DNA of 24,000 nt from Marinomonas phaeophyticola (GCF_026966905.1 NZ_JAPUBN010000017.1:31358-55357); one strand, 5' to 3'; counted from the first letter of the stretch, positions 1 to 10,157 are shown. Numbers and translations: made by a program. Notes: generated by a model from the sequence alone, not told the origin.

Positions 1-64
1 GGCTTTTTGTGTGTTCTAGAGTAATACGGATGGGTTAGAGCAACATGTTAGGATAAAACCGCAT

Positions 65-595
65 CTAACCTACAAAGGTTGTGAAGCCCGTGACGTGACG
101 AGTAAGTCGGCTTTTTACGTTTTCATCTACAAGAGTGCCGTCTGATGAGATGGCTTTATCCACACCTGTGATCATCATTTCATGGCTTGGGTAGAGTATC
201 GATAAAGTCGAGTCGAATATTAGCTTGATATGAGCTTGTGCTCTTGCGCCACCCACAGGACTTTTTGCTTGAGTGATAATGGTGACTGGCTTATCTTTTA
301 ATACGGAGTTAAAGGCTGGGCGGGATGCCCAGTCGATGGCATTTTTTAAGACGGCAGGGATGCTGTGATTGTATTCTGGTGAACACACAATGATGCCATC
401 ACTTACCGCAATTTGATCAATAAGGTCTTGCACATTATCAGGCTTATTATCACTCAAATCATCCGTGTAAAACGGCAATAAATCTAATTTAGGTAATTGA
501 AATTGATGATCAGGAAAAGCATCTTGTAAAAAATGTAAAATAGATAGGCTTTTGCTTTTTGAATGAAAGCTGCCTGATAACAAAAGTATGTTCAT
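65..595 (-). CDS. NADPH-dependent FMN reductase family flavoprotein (ChrR/YieF-like)
   Basis: 176-aa ORF. It has the flavodoxin-like start MNILLLSGS..S.S and the motif IIVCSPEYNHSIPAVLKNAIDW, both typical of the NADPH-dependent FMN reductase family. A 54-nt gap to the upstream pirin gene suggests co-transcription. Confidence 0.85.
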   Translation of the reverse strand: MNILLLSGSFHSKSKSLSILHFLQDAFPDHQFQLPKLDLLPFYTDDLSDNKPDNVQDLIDQIAVSDGIIVCSPEYNHSIPAVLKNAIDWASRPAFNSVLKDKPVTIITQAKSPVGGARAQAHIKLIFDSTLSILYPSHEMMITGVDKAISSDGTLVDENVKSRLTRHVTGFTTFVG

Positions 596-649
596 ATTAT
601 AAACCTAACAATGTGCGAAAGAGCGTTAACCGAATAACAAGGTTGCCTT

Positions 650-1492
650 TTATTTAGCGTCTGCCACTTGTGCAAGCGTGCCGTTGTTGTAGTCGGAAAT
701 TGCTTGATGGATCTCCGCTTCGGTGTTCATAACAAATGGACCATATTGCACAACTGGCTCTTGTAATGGTGTGCCCGAAATCACTAAAAAACGTGCACCA
801 TTTTCACTGCTCAAATGCACAAAATCCCCATTTGCAACTTGCACCAATTCTCCAGCGAAGACCTTGGTTTTATTCACTATCATTTCACCAACAAAGACAT
901 AGATAAGATGTGTTTGCTCTGGTTGCAGTTCCATTTGATAAGCGCCGTTTTTACTAAGTTCAATATCTAAATAAGTAGGTGATTCTGGATCGTAGAGCGC
1001 ACCTTTGATTCCTTTGTGTTCACCTGCTAAAACTTTAAAGTTAATGCCATTTTCTTCAAATACCGGAATCTGTTCACGTGGAATGTCTTTATACCAAGCT
1101 GGGCTCATTTTTTTATCAGATGGTAAATTCACCCATAGTTGAAAGCCCCACATGATGCCTTCCGTTTGCTTTGGCATTTCACTGTGAATGACCCCCTGTC
1201 CGGCGTTCATCCATTGCAAGCCGCCGTCTTCCAACAACCCTACATTGCCTAGATGATCTGTATGCTCCATTTTGCCTTTGAGCATATAAGTCACAGTCTG
1301 AAATCCCCGATGAGGATGCGGAGGGAAACCGCCTTTATAATCTTCAGGGTCGCTGGAACCGAATTCGTCCAGCATTAGAAAAGGATCTAGATCTTTTGCA
1401 CTGTTGCCGCCAAAAACTCGGGTTAAACGGACACCATCACCGTCCTGTGTTCTAACCCCTTTACGTTGTTTAACGATATCTGCTTGTTTCAC
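650..1492 (-). CDS. Pirin family protein (bicupin)
   Basis: Contains the pirin cupin metal motif HPHRGFQTVTYML..G..EH.D and a C-terminal cupin half. The ORF track extends to 1540, but GTG at 1492 follows GGAGAC by 6 nt (ggagacagtcttGTG) and gives a typical length of about 280 aa. The start choice is uncertain. Confidence 0.85.
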   Translation of the reverse strand: MKQADIVKQRKGVRTQDGDGVRLTRVFGGNSAKDLDPFLMLDEFGSSDPEDYKGGFPPHPHRGFQTVTYMLKGKMEHTDHLGNVGLLEDGGLQWMNAGQGVIHSEMPKQTEGIMWGFQLWVNLPSDKKMSPAWYKDIPREQIPVFEENGINFKVLAGEHKGIKGALYDPESPTYLDIELSKNGAYQMELQPEQTHLIYVFVGEMIVNKTKVFAGELVQVANGDFVHLSSENGARFLVISGTPLQEPVVQYGPFVMNTEAEIHQAISDYNNGTLAQVADAK

Positions 1493-1672
1493 AAGACTGT
1501 CTCCAATGTTCTCAATAACGATGATGCTATAGTGAAACAAAGTGAGTTGATTAAAAAGGGGATTTTTTATGGTGTAATGATCAGTTTTTTCGATCTATTG
1601 GCCATTCAAGAGGCCGAAGCCTATTCTAGGTTACTTCTACGATTTTTTATCGAAATAAAAAGAGTATAAAGT

Positions 1673-1705
1673 AAAAAAAAATCCCAGACAGAATCTGGGA
1701 TTTTT
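1673..1705. terminator. Bidirectional rho-independent terminator downstream of asd
   Basis: Perfect 8-bp stem (1681-1688 / 1694-1701, atcccaga/tctgggat) with a 5-nt loop. It is flanked by A9 on the left and T5 on the right. On the minus strand the hairpin is followed by a 9-U tract, 30 nt after the asd stop. Confidence 0.8.
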
Positions 1706-1732
1706 ACAAATATAGATGGTGTTTGCTATTTA

Positions 1733-2857
1733 TTATTTCGCTTCTAGCAGGATACGTAACATTCTACGTAATGGCTCAGCGGCTCCCCATAAAAGTTGAT
1801 CGCCTACAGAAAATGCACTGATGTACTGAGGGCCCATATTCAATTTACGAATACGACCAACTGGAATATCCAAAGTACCGGTTGCCGCCGCAGGAGTCAG
1901 CTGTTGCATGGTGATTTCTTTCTCGTTAGGAACCACTTTTACCCAGTCGTTATGCTGTGCTAACAAACCTTCGATATCCGCTACTGGAATATCTTGTTTT
2001 AGCTTGATAGTAAACGCTTGACTGTGAGAACGCATGGCACCGATACGAACACAAAGACCATCAACCGGAATGGGCGCACCGAAGTTTCCAAGAATTTTGT
2101 TTGCCTCAGCTTGAGCTTTCCACTCTTCACGGCTTTGACCGTTTTCAAGTTGAGAATCAATCCAAGGGATCAAGCTTCCTGCCAAAGGCACACCAAATTG
2201 ATCGACAGGCATCGCGCTTGAACGCATAGTTTCCGTTACACGACGGTCAATATCTAGGATGGCACTAGCAGGATTATTTAGATCCGCGGCAACAGAGTCT
2301 TTAAGCACACCCATTTGACTAATCAACTCGCGCATATGACGTGCACCACCACCAGAAGCAGCTTGATACGTCATCGACGTCATCCATTCGATGTGACCTT
2401 TATCAAATAAGCCTCCTAACGCCAATAACATCAAGCTAACGGTGCAGTTACCGCCAACGTACGTTTTAATGCCGTCTTTTAAGCCTTGTTGAATCACATT
2501 CTGATTCACTGGATCTAGAACGATGATGGCATCTTGCTCCATACGGAGCGAAGATGCGGCATCAATCCAATACCCTTTCCAACCTGAGGCGCGTAAATCA
2601 GCATAAACAGATTTGGTGTAGTCACCACCTTGACAGGTAATAATAATGTCCATCTTCTTCAATGCCGTAATATCCATAGCATCTTGTAAAAGTGGAATAT
2701 CCTTACCAATATTTGGTCCAGCTTGCCCCGTTTGTGATGTGGTAAAGAAAACTGGATCAATGTGATCAAAGTCTTTTTCTTCCAACATACGTTGCATTAA
2801 AACGGAACCAACCATTCCGCGCCAGCCGACTAAACCTACATTCTGTTTTGACATCAT
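1733..2857 (-). CDS. asd: Aspartate-semialdehyde dehydrogenase
   Basis: 374 aa. The N-terminus [33 protein letters not shown] is near-identical in pattern to E. coli Asd ([24 protein letters not shown]). It also has the active-site region [16 protein letters not shown]. Confidence 0.97.
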   Translation of the reverse strand: MMSKQNVGLVGWRGMVGSVLMQRMLEEKDFDHIDPVFFTTSQTGQAGPNIGKDIPLLQDAMDITALKKMDIIITCQGGDYTKSVYADLRASGWKGYWIDAASSLRMEQDAIIVLDPVNQNVIQQGLKDGIKTYVGGNCTVSLMLLALGGLFDKGHIEWMTSMTYQAASGGGARHMRELISQMGVLKDSVAADLNNPASAILDIDRRVTETMRSSAMPVDQFGVPLAGSLIPWIDSQLENGQSREEWKAQAEANKILGNFGAPIPVDGLCVRIGAMRSHSQAFTIKLKQDIPVADIEGLLAQHNDWVKVVPNEKEITMQQLTPAAATGTLDIPVGRIRKLNMGPQYISAFSVGDQLLWGAAEPLRRMLRILLEAK

Positions 2858-2961
2858 TTCTACCTTTTAGTTTGGGCCCACTCATACCAAGAGCAGTTTC
2901 CCCAGTGAATGCGCCTAAAGTATTCTTTAAGCGCGTATAAAGCCTTTTTGCTTTTTATAAA

Positions 2962-4038
2962 TTAAAGGGCCGCTAGTACTGCATTGCCCATTTCTTCTGT
3001 ACCGACAACCTTATTGCCTTCAGAGGCGATGTCGCTTGTACGTAAACCTTGATCCAGTACATTACTTACCGCCGCTTCAATAGCGTCTGCGGCATCTTTC
3101 GCATCTAGAGAATATCGCAACATCATAGCAACAGATAAGATAGTTGCAAGCGGATTTGCAATACCTTTGCCTGCAATATCCGGTGCGGAACCATGACAAG
3201 GCTCATACATGCCTCGACCTTCCGCATTTAAGGAAGCAGATGGCAACATACCGATCGACCCTGTTAGCATGGCCGCGGCATCAGATAAGATGTCACCAAA
3301 CATGTTACCCGTGACCATCACGTCAAATTGTTTAGGTGCACGTACCAATTGCATTGCCGCATTATCCACGAGCATATGGCTTAGTTCGACGTCAGGGTAT
3401 TCTTTTGCCACTTCTTCCATGATTTCTTTCCACAATACCGTTACTTCAAGCACATTGGATTTATCAATAGAACAAACGCGTTTGCCACGTTGACGGGCGG
3501 CAATAAAAGCAGAGTGCGCTATACGGCGTATTTCAGATTCATTGTAAACGTAAGTATTGAAACCTTCACGTTCACCGTTCTCTAACGTACGAATGCCACG
3601 CGGTTGACCGAAATAAATACCGCCCGTTAATTCTCGTACAATCAATATATCCAAGCCCGCCACAATTTCAGGTTTCAAACTAGATGCATCAGCAAGTTGA
3701 GGGTACAGGATAGCAGGACGTAAGTTGGAAAATAAATCTAAATTAGAACGCAGCCCTAATAGCCCTTTCTCTGGACGTACTGACATATCCAGCCCATCCC
3801 ATTTTGGTCCACCAACCGCTCCCAATAAAATCGCGTCAGCGGCTTTTGCTTTGGTTAATGTGGCTTCTGGTAAAGGAGAACCTGTTTCATCATAGGCTGA
3901 ACCACCAACTAATGCCGATTCATGAGTTACACCTAAAGCGAATTTTTCATTTACTTTGTCTAATACACGTACCGCTTGTGCAACAATCTCTGGACCAATA
4001 CCGTCGCCAGGAAGAATCAATACATTTCTAGAAGTCAT
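2962..4038 (-). CDS. leuB: 3-isopropylmalate dehydrogenase
   Basis: 358 aa. Motifs seen: [35 protein letters not shown], and the [14 protein letters not shown] isocitrate/isopropylmalate dehydrogenase signature. Confidence 0.97.
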   Translation of the reverse strand: MTSRNVLILPGDGIGPEIVAQAVRVLDKVNEKFALGVTHESALVGGSAYDETGSPLPEATLTKAKAADAILLGAVGGPKWDGLDMSVRPEKGLLGLRSNLDLFSNLRPAILYPQLADASSLKPEIVAGLDILIVRELTGGIYFGQPRGIRTLENGEREGFNTYVYNESEIRRIAHSAFIAARQRGKRVCSIDKSNVLEVTVLWKEIMEEVAKEYPDVELSHMLVDNAAMQLVRAPKQFDVMVTGNMFGDILSDAAAMLTGSIGMLPSASLNAEGRGMYEPCHGSAPDIAGKGIANPLATILSVAMMLRYSLDAKDAADAIEAAVSNVLDQGLRTSDIASEGNKVVGTEEMGNAVLAAL

Positions 4039-4049
4039 TCTTACATTCC

Positions 4050-4697
4050 TTACTTTTTATCTGCAAATAACCAAGGCGCTTTTTGTTTACGCGCGTCTTC
4101 ATAAGTACGAATCGCATCCGCATGTTGCAATGTTAACCCGATATCATCTAAACCGTGAAGCAAACAGTGTTTACGGAAGGCATCCACATCAAAGGAAAAT
4201 TCATCTCCTGAAGGCGTGGTTACTTTCTGGTCGGCTAAATTAATACTCAACGCATAGCCTTCTGTCGACTCACTTTCAGTAAATACCTGCTCAACTTGTG
4301 CCTCTGTTAAAACAATCGGTAATAGGCCGTTTTTAAAGCAGTTATTGAAGAAGATATCCGCAAAACTTGGCGCAATTACTACACGAAAACCGTAATCGTC
4401 TAACGCCCATGGCGCATGTTCACGACTTGAACCGCAACCAAAGTTTTTACGTGCAATTAATACACTTGCCCCTTGGTAGCGGGCTTGGTTTAACACAAAG
4501 TCTTTTTTCAATGGACGAGTTGAACAATCTTGATCTGGCTGACCTTCATCTTCATAACGCAACTCGTCAAATAAGTTTTTACCAAAGCCCGTTCTTTTAA
4601 TGGATTTCAAGAATTGCTTGGGAATAATCATGTCTGTATCAACATTGGCCAAATCTAAAGGCGCTACTAATCCAGTATGTACAGTAAATGGACGCAT
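4050..4697 (-). CDS. leuD: 3-isopropylmalate dehydratase small subunit
   Basis: 215 aa. Motifs seen: [14 protein letters not shown]-like ([17 protein letters not shown]) and [15 protein letters not shown]. It lies 9 nt downstream of leuC. Confidence 0.96.
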   Translation of the reverse strand: MRPFTVHTGLVAPLDLANVDTDMIIPKQFLKSIKRTGFGKNLFDELRYEDEGQPDQDCSTRPLKKDFVLNQARYQGASVLIARKNFGCGSSREHAPWALDDYGFRVVIAPSFADIFFNNCFKNGLLPIVLTEAQVEQVFTESESTEGYALSINLADQKVTTPSGDEFSFDVDAFRKHCLLHGLDDIGLTLQHADAIRTYEDARKQKAPWLFADKK

Positions 4698-4706
4698 AAT
4701 CCTCTC

Positions 4707-6134
4707 CTAGTGTTTAACCAATTCATTAACATCAACAAAGTGACCTGCTACCGCGGCCGCGGCGGCCATAGCGGGGCTAACTAAGTGCGTTCTACCTCCA
4801 AAACCTTGACGACCTTCAAAGTTACGATTGGATGTTGACGCACAATGCTCACCATTACCTAACTTATCAGCGTTCATGGCTAAACACATGGAACAACCTG
4901 GCTCACGCCATTCTAAACCGGCCTCTGTAAAGATCTTATCTAACCCTTCTTTTTCCGCTTGCGCCTTAACTAAACCTGAACCAGGCACCACGATGGCTTC
5001 TTTTAATGTAGACGCCACTTTACGGCCTTTTACCACCTCGGCCGCAATACGAAGATCTTCAATACGTGAGTTCGTGCATGAACCAATAAAAACACGATCC
5101 AAGGTAATGTCTGCTAATGTCGTTTTGCCTTCTAAGCCCATGTATTTCCAAGCACGTGCATAGCTTTCTTGAGCCCCAGCATCCGCTTGATCTTGTGGAC
5201 GTGGAATCGGCTGATCGATCGCGATCACCATTTCAGGTGATGTGCCCCATGTAACTTGAGGCTTAATGTCAGCCGCGTTCAATACAACCACATTATCGAA
5301 ATGCGCCTCTGCATCAGAGTGCAACTCTTGCCAAGCGGCTACGGCTTGATCCCATTGTTCGCCTTTTGGTGAATAAGGACGGCCTTTCACGTAATCAATC
5401 GTTGTTTGGTCAACACCGATTAAGCCAACTCGTGCGCCCGCTTCAATCGCCATATTACAAACCGTCATACGACCTTCCATAGATAAAGACTGAATCGCTT
5501 CGCCACCAAATTCAATTGCATAACCAGTACCACCCGCAGTACCAATTTCGCCAATGATAGCCAAAACCACATCTTTAGCCGATACCCATGGAGACAATTT
5601 GCCATCCACACGCACCAACATGTTCTTGCTCTTCTTTTGCACCAAACACTGAGTGGCCATTACATGTTCCACTTCAGAAGTACCAATACCATGAGCTAAT
5701 GCACCGAACGCACCATGAGTAGAAGTATGAGAATCACCACACACAACCGTCGTTCCAGGTAATGTAGCACCTTGTTCTGGCCCCACAACGTGCACTATTC
5801 CTTGACGAATGTCTTGCATTTTAAATTCGGTAATTCCAAATTCATCACAGTTATCATCTAATGTAACTACTTGAATTTTAGACACTGGATCAGAAATACC
5901 TTCAATACCACTTTGACGCTCTGTATTCGTAGTCGGTACGTTATGATCTGGCGTTGCTAAATTAGCGCTTATACGCCATGGCTTACGTCCAGCAATACGC
6001 AAACCCTCAAAGGCCTGCGGTGACGTTACTTCATGCAATAGTTGTAAATCGATGTAAATCAAAGCGCTACCATCGTCTCGCTCTTGAACTAAGTGGTCAT
6101 CCCACAATTTATCGTAAAGTGTTTTTGCTGACAT
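4707..6134 (-). CDS. leuC: 3-isopropylmalate dehydratase large subunit
   Basis: 475 aa. Aconitase-family motifs: [51 protein letters not shown] Shine-Dalgarno AGGAGAG lies 5 nt upstream of the ATG. Confidence 0.97.
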   Translation of the reverse strand: MSAKTLYDKLWDDHLVQERDDGSALIYIDLQLLHEVTSPQAFEGLRIAGRKPWRISANLATPDHNVPTTNTERQSGIEGISDPVSKIQVVTLDDNCDEFGITEFKMQDIRQGIVHVVGPEQGATLPGTTVVCGDSHTSTHGAFGALAHGIGTSEVEHVMATQCLVQKKSKNMLVRVDGKLSPWVSAKDVVLAIIGEIGTAGGTGYAIEFGGEAIQSLSMEGRMTVCNMAIEAGARVGLIGVDQTTIDYVKGRPYSPKGEQWDQAVAAWQELHSDAEAHFDNVVVLNAADIKPQVTWGTSPEMVIAIDQPIPRPQDQADAGAQESYARAWKYMGLEGKTTLADITLDRVFIGSCTNSRIEDLRIAAEVVKGRKVASTLKEAIVVPGSGLVKAQAEKEGLDKIFTEAGLEWREPGCSMCLAMNADKLGNGEHCASTSNRNFEGRQGFGGRTHLVSPAMAAAAAVAGHFVDVNELVKH

Positions 6135-6226
6135 TTGCTCTCTCCTAAGTATCTATTTGATTATCCTAATGCTTTGCTTTAAATTACTCAAATTCATATT
6201 TTTCATGTTTTGGATAATTTTTTGGA

Positions 6227-7111
6227 ATGATGGACATATCTGAACTACTTACCTTTATCAAAGTCGCGGAAACGGGCTCTTTTTCTGAGGCGGCTGAAAA
6301 ATTGTTTGTGACGCAACCAGCTATCAGTAAGCGCATCGCCAGCCTAGAGCAAAGCTTAAACATTCGCCTCTTTGATCGTATTGGTCGCAAAGTTCTATTA
6401 ACTGAGTCTGGACTGCGTCTTTTACCTAAAGCAAAAAGCATTGCGCTTGAATTGAATGAAATCAAACACAGCATGTCGCAACAAGAAGGGGAAATAAGTG
6501 GTGAATTGCGTATCGCCACCAGCCATCATGTTGGTCTAAGGCGCTTGCCAACCACGTTGAAGCGTTTTCAGTCTGAATGTTCAAATGTAATTTTAGAAGC
6601 GGATTTTACTCAATCTGAGGAAGCTTATCAGCAAGTTATTCGTGGTGAAGTTGAATTAGGGATCATCACCCTATCCAATCAACCTGATACATCGATAGAA
6701 TCCATTCCGGTTTGGTCCGATCCCTTTGTGTGTGCCGTTAGCAAAGACCATCCATTAAGACATCTCAAATCAGTTGATTTGATACAACTTGCAAGCTATC
6801 CCTGCGTACTGCCAAAGCAAAACACCTTTACTCGACAAATGGTTGATCAATCTTTGGCAAAGTATGGGTTGAGACCCAACATTCGCATGAGCACCAATAA
6901 CTTTGAAACATTAACCATGCTCACTAGTATCGGCTGGGGCTGGTCATTATTACCTTCAACACTTATCAACGACGATTTGTGCATATTGGACCTGACAGAA
7001 CTGAATATTGCGCGACAACTGGGCGTTATTTATCATAAACAACGTACTCTCAGCCGAGCGGCTGAAATGTTTATTCGTATTATGATGTCGGAAGCAACAT
7101 CCATTCACTAG
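6227..7111 (+). CDS. LysR-family transcriptional regulator, divergent from leuC
   Basis: 294 aa. It has an N-terminal winged HTH (FIKVAETGSFSEAAEKLFVTQPAISKRIASLEQSLNIRLFDR) and a LysR substrate-binding domain. It shares a 92-bp divergent intergenic region with leuC. Confidence 0.9.
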   Translation: MMDISELLTFIKVAETGSFSEAAEKLFVTQPAISKRIASLEQSLNIRLFDRIGRKVLLTESGLRLLPKAKSIALELNEIKHSMSQQEGEISGELRIATSHHVGLRRLPTTLKRFQSECSNVILEADFTQSEEAYQQVIRGEVELGIITLSNQPDTSIESIPVWSDPFVCAVSKDHPLRHLKSVDLIQLASYPCVLPKQNTFTRQMVDQSLAKYGLRPNIRMSTNNFETLTMLTSIGWGWSLLPSTLINDDLCILDLTELNIARQLGVIYHKQRTLSRAAEMFIRIMMSEATSIH

Positions 7112-7151
7112 CTTTTTTGATTAGCAAGTAATGTGACTAAAGCAACCACAC

Positions 7152-8258
7152 TCACAATAGCCGCAAAAGTAAAGACGGCATGCCCCCCCCCATTTCCCAT
7201 ATATAACCGGAAAGAATCATGCCACTGCCACCACCAAGGCCAATGGCAAAGGCGCTGTACATGGTTTGACCTTGTGCTGCGTATTTTTCTGGGAAGAGTC
7301 TGTGTATCTGTTCAATCGATACCATATGAAACAAAGCAAAGGTGATACAGTGGGTTAACTGTGTAATCAATACAATCCATAAGCTCTCAACATACCACCC
7401 CACTAAGATCCAGCGAAAAATGCCCAAGCCAAAACACAAAGCCACAATGTAGACGACGGAAAAACGCTTAACGATATTGCCAAAAAACAAAAATAGCACT
7501 ATTTCCATCACCACGCCGAAGGAAATAAGTAAGCCTATTTGTTCACCGGAATAGCCTGCATTCGACATGTGTAAGGCTATAAACAAATTATATGGGGCAT
7601 GAGCCATATAAGACAAAAAGGCTAATAACAAAAAGAATCTGACTTCTTTTTGTTTCAGAAGCGATAAAAATGAACCTGTCTGCTTATCTTTCTCTAGCGG
7701 TATCGGTTTTTCATTAAGCAAAAAGGTCATTGCAAAAGAAATTGTAATGAAGACCATCATAAGCGGGATAATAGCCTCAACACCCATTTTAGATATGAGA
7801 AAACCACATAGGGTTACCGCACAAATGTAGCCTAATGAACCACCCACTCGAATTCGAGTATACGGCACACCAAGACCCTTAATACTCCTTAACGCCAACG
7901 AGTCGGCTAATGGCATTAACGCACTATAAAAAAGCGCCAATATAAAAGTAAGTACCCAAAAAGAGCCATAATCTTGTGCAAAATAGAAAGGAATGACAGC
8001 AATAAAAGTGCCGCCCGTTGCAATTTGTAATGTGAGCTTTGGCAACCCCAATCGTGTCGTTAACCACCCCCAAAAATGGGGCACAATAATAGTCGACAAG
8101 GTCAGTAGAGACATAATACGACCAATTTCAGACCCAGATAGATCGATCGATCGATAATACATAGAAATATACGGCACCATGGTACCAATAAGACTACAAA
8201 AAAAGAAAAAGTAGCCGAATAAAGGCCAAGCAACAGATCTAGCGCGAGCAGAAAACAT
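7152..8258 (-). CDS. MFS transporter, HcaT-like (MFS_1_like family), with the C-terminus disrupted by an apparent frameshift at a G9 run
   Basis: 368-aa polytopic membrane protein. By my recollection its helix layout and sequence pattern resemble E. coli HcaT. The annotated frame ends ..GYIWEMGGGMPSLLLRLL*. Adding one G to the run instead reads GGGHAVFTFAAIVSVVALVTLLANQKS* (stop at 7108), which would restore a final TM helix. Confidence 0.8.
   Translation of the reverse strand: MFSARARSVAWPLFGYFFFFCSLIGTMVPYISMYYRSIDLSGSEIGRIMSLLTLSTIIVPHFWGWLTTRLGLPKLTLQIATGGTFIAVIPFYFAQDYGSFWVLTFILALFYSALMPLADSLALRSIKGLGVPYTRIRVGGSLGYICAVTLCGFLISKMGVEAIIPLMMVFITISFAMTFLLNEKPIPLEKDKQTGSFLSLLKQKEVRFFLLLAFLSYMAHAPYNLFIALHMSNAGYSGEQIGLLISFGVVMEIVLFLFFGNIVKRFSVVYIVALCFGLGIFRWILVGWYVESLWIVLITQLTHCITFALFHMVSIEQIHRLFPEKYAAQGQTMYSAFAIGLGGGSGMILSGYIWEMGGGMPSLLLRLL
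7183..7191. repeat. C9 (G9 on the coding strand) homopolymer inside the 3' end of the MFS gene
   Basis: Counted directly: tg + ccccccccc + attt at 7181-7195. It is the longest G/C homopolymer I noticed in the window. Confidence 0.95.
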
Positions 8259-8453
8259 GGTAAACCTAAATTAACGAGATAAAAGAAGGAGTTCGATAAA
8301 ATAGTATAGCTAAAAATTTAAAAAGTGCTGTTATTGTTATTCATTTAACATTTAAGAAATTTAACTTATGTATTTTGGTGATAAGTATATAACATTGGCA
8401 TCATAATCGCTTACTTTATTTCGATATTAGATGCAACTTCAAGGGATAAAAAA

Positions 8454-10094
8454 ATGATAGTAGATAATCCAAATTGGTGGCGTGGTGGTGTTATATATCA
8501 AATCTATCCACGCAGTTTTTTTGACTCCAACAACGATGGTATTGGCGATTTACCTGGCATCACCAGTAAGCTCGATTACGTTGCCTCTTTAGGGGTGGAT
8601 GCCATTTGGCTGTCACCCTTCTTTACCTCTCCAATGAAAGACTTTGGCTATGATGTGTCTGATTATTGTGACGTAGATCCTATTTTCGGCCTTTTATCTG
8701 ATTTTGATGAATTAATTAACAAAGCGCATTCATTAGGCTTAAGGGTCATCATAGATCAGGTGCTCAATCATACATCTGATCAACATCCCTGGTTTGAAGA
8801 ATCCCGTAAGAGCCATGATAATGTAAAACAAGATTGGTATGTTTGGGCTGATGCACGTCCAGATGGAACAGCGCCAAACAATTGGATGTCTGTTTTTGGG
8901 GGGCCGGCTTGGCACTGGGACAGTCGTCGTTGCCAGTACTATTTACACAATTTTTTGGACAGCCAACCCGATTTAAATTTTCATAACCCCGCTGTTGTTG
9001 ATGCATTAATGGGGGTATTAGAGTTCTGGCTCAAGCGTGGCGTTGATGGGTTCCGCCTAGACACAGCGAATTTTTTCTATCACGATATCGAACTAAAAAA
9101 CAATCCACCGAAAGAAGAGATTTTGGAAGGCGGTATTGGGGTAAGACCAGACAACCCCTACGCTTTTCAATTGCATCTATACGATAAGTCGCAACCTGAA
9201 AATATCCCTTTTTTACAGCGCATTAGAACCTTAATGAATCGTTATCCAAATACCACGACGGTAGGTGAAGTTGGTTGCGATTTTTCACTTAAAACCATGG
9301 CGGAATACACACAAGGCAACGATAAATTGCATATGTGTTATTCTTTTGATTTATTAACTCATGATGCATCTATGGGGCACGTGCGTAACACCATGGAACA
9401 AATAGAAAATGCATTAGGTGATGGTTGGCCGTGTTGGACCATTGGTAATCATGATGTAAATCGAGTCGCGTCTAGGTGGTCTCACAACAATCCTAATAGG
9501 GAGCAAGCCAAAACCTTTATGGCCATGCTACTTACCTTACGGGGCAGTGTTTGCCTCTATCAGGGAGAAGAACTGGGTCTAGCAGAAGCTGAGCTGGAAT
9601 TTAGTGACCTAGTTGACCCTTATGGCATTACCTTTTGGCCGGAATTTAAAGGCAGAGACGGTTGTAGAACACCCATACCGTGGAGCAATACAGAAAACGG
9701 GGGCTTTAGTGAAGGTAAACCATGGCTACCAGTTGACAAGACCCATTTACCTCAAGCCGTTACCGTGCAACAACAGGATTCGCACTCTGTTATGAGAGCC
9801 TACGCTGACTTTTTGGCTTTAAGGAAGTCTCATCCTGAGTTTATAGAGGGCAGCATTCGCTTCTTATATAACGATGATCAGAGCCTGATTTACCTCAGAG
9901 AGTTTGAAAGCAACAACACATTGGTTGCAATCAATACCGGTCCTGATAAAAAAACCATCCCTCTTGATGACTATATGGAAAATATAGATAACTTAGAAGC
10001 GCTCGCCATACCTGAGAGCATAACGTCTGGACAATTAGTCGAGAAGCAATTGATTTTGGGCGCTTATAGTATTGCTTTGATCACCGTACATTAA
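8454..10094 (+). CDS. Cytoplasmic GH13 alpha-glucosidase / oligo-1,6-glucosidase family enzyme
   Basis: 546 aa with no signal peptide. N-terminus WWRGGVIYQIYPRSFFDSNNDGIGDLPGI. GH13 conserved regions: VIIDQVLNHTS, GVDGFRLDTANF (nucleophile Asp), TVGEVG (acid/base Glu), IGNHDVNR. A Shine-Dalgarno AAGGGA lies 7 nt upstream of the ATG. Confidence 0.92.
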   Translation: MIVDNPNWWRGGVIYQIYPRSFFDSNNDGIGDLPGITSKLDYVASLGVDAIWLSPFFTSPMKDFGYDVSDYCDVDPIFGLLSDFDELINKAHSLGLRVIIDQVLNHTSDQHPWFEESRKSHDNVKQDWYVWADARPDGTAPNNWMSVFGGPAWHWDSRRCQYYLHNFLDSQPDLNFHNPAVVDALMGVLEFWLKRGVDGFRLDTANFFYHDIELKNNPPKEEILEGGIGVRPDNPYAFQLHLYDKSQPENIPFLQRIRTLMNRYPNTTTVGEVGCDFSLKTMAEYTQGNDKLHMCYSFDLLTHDASMGHVRNTMEQIENALGDGWPCWTIGNHDVNRVASRWSHNNPNREQAKTFMAMLLTLRGSVCLYQGEELGLAEAELEFSDLVDPYGITFWPEFKGRDGCRTPIPWSNTENGGFSEGKPWLPVDKTHLPQAVTVQQQDSHSVMRAYADFLALRKSHPEFIEGSIRFLYNDDQSLIYLREFESNNTLVAINTGPDKKTIPLDDYMENIDNLEALAIPESITSGQLVEKQLILGAYSIALITVH

Positions 10095-10113
10095 GAAAAA
10101 TTCACATCATAGC

Positions 10114-10147
10114 GAGCACTACCACGACCCCAATTCTGGTAGTGCTC
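10114..10147. terminator. Hairpin between the convergent alpha-glucosidase and ndh genes (possible shared terminator)
   Basis: 11-bp perfect stem (gagcactacca / tggtagtgctc) with a 12-nt loop. There is no clean U-tract on either strand, so terminator function is tentative. Confidence 0.4.
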
Positions 10148-10157
10148 CTGTATTTCA

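Noticed and set aside
1466-1669. 67-aa plus-strand ORF spanning the pirin 5' end and the pirin-asd gap.
   Set aside because: It overlaps the pirin coding start in antisense, has no Shine-Dalgarno, and has a low-complexity AT-driven composition. The region is better explained as the pirin promoter plus the asd terminator.
6153-6206. 17-codon minus-strand ORF (MKNMNLSNLKQSIRIIK) in the leuC leader, considered as a leucine attenuation leader peptide.
   Set aside because: It has only two non-adjacent Leu codons and no downstream terminator/antiterminator hairpins. Much of the 92-bp region must also hold the two divergent promoters.
7133-7345. 70-aa plus-strand ORF overlapping the MFS 3' end.
   Set aside because: It is an antisense shadow of the MFS gene. 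Its proline run simply reflects the C9 tract. The biologically meaningful alternative frame is on the minus strand (see the frameshift finding).
8259-8453. AT-rich divergent intergenic region, considered as a possible sRNA or mobile-element scar.
   Set aside because: There are no terminal inverted repeats, no hairpin/U-tract terminator, and no ORF. The composition is consistent with two back-to-back promoters.
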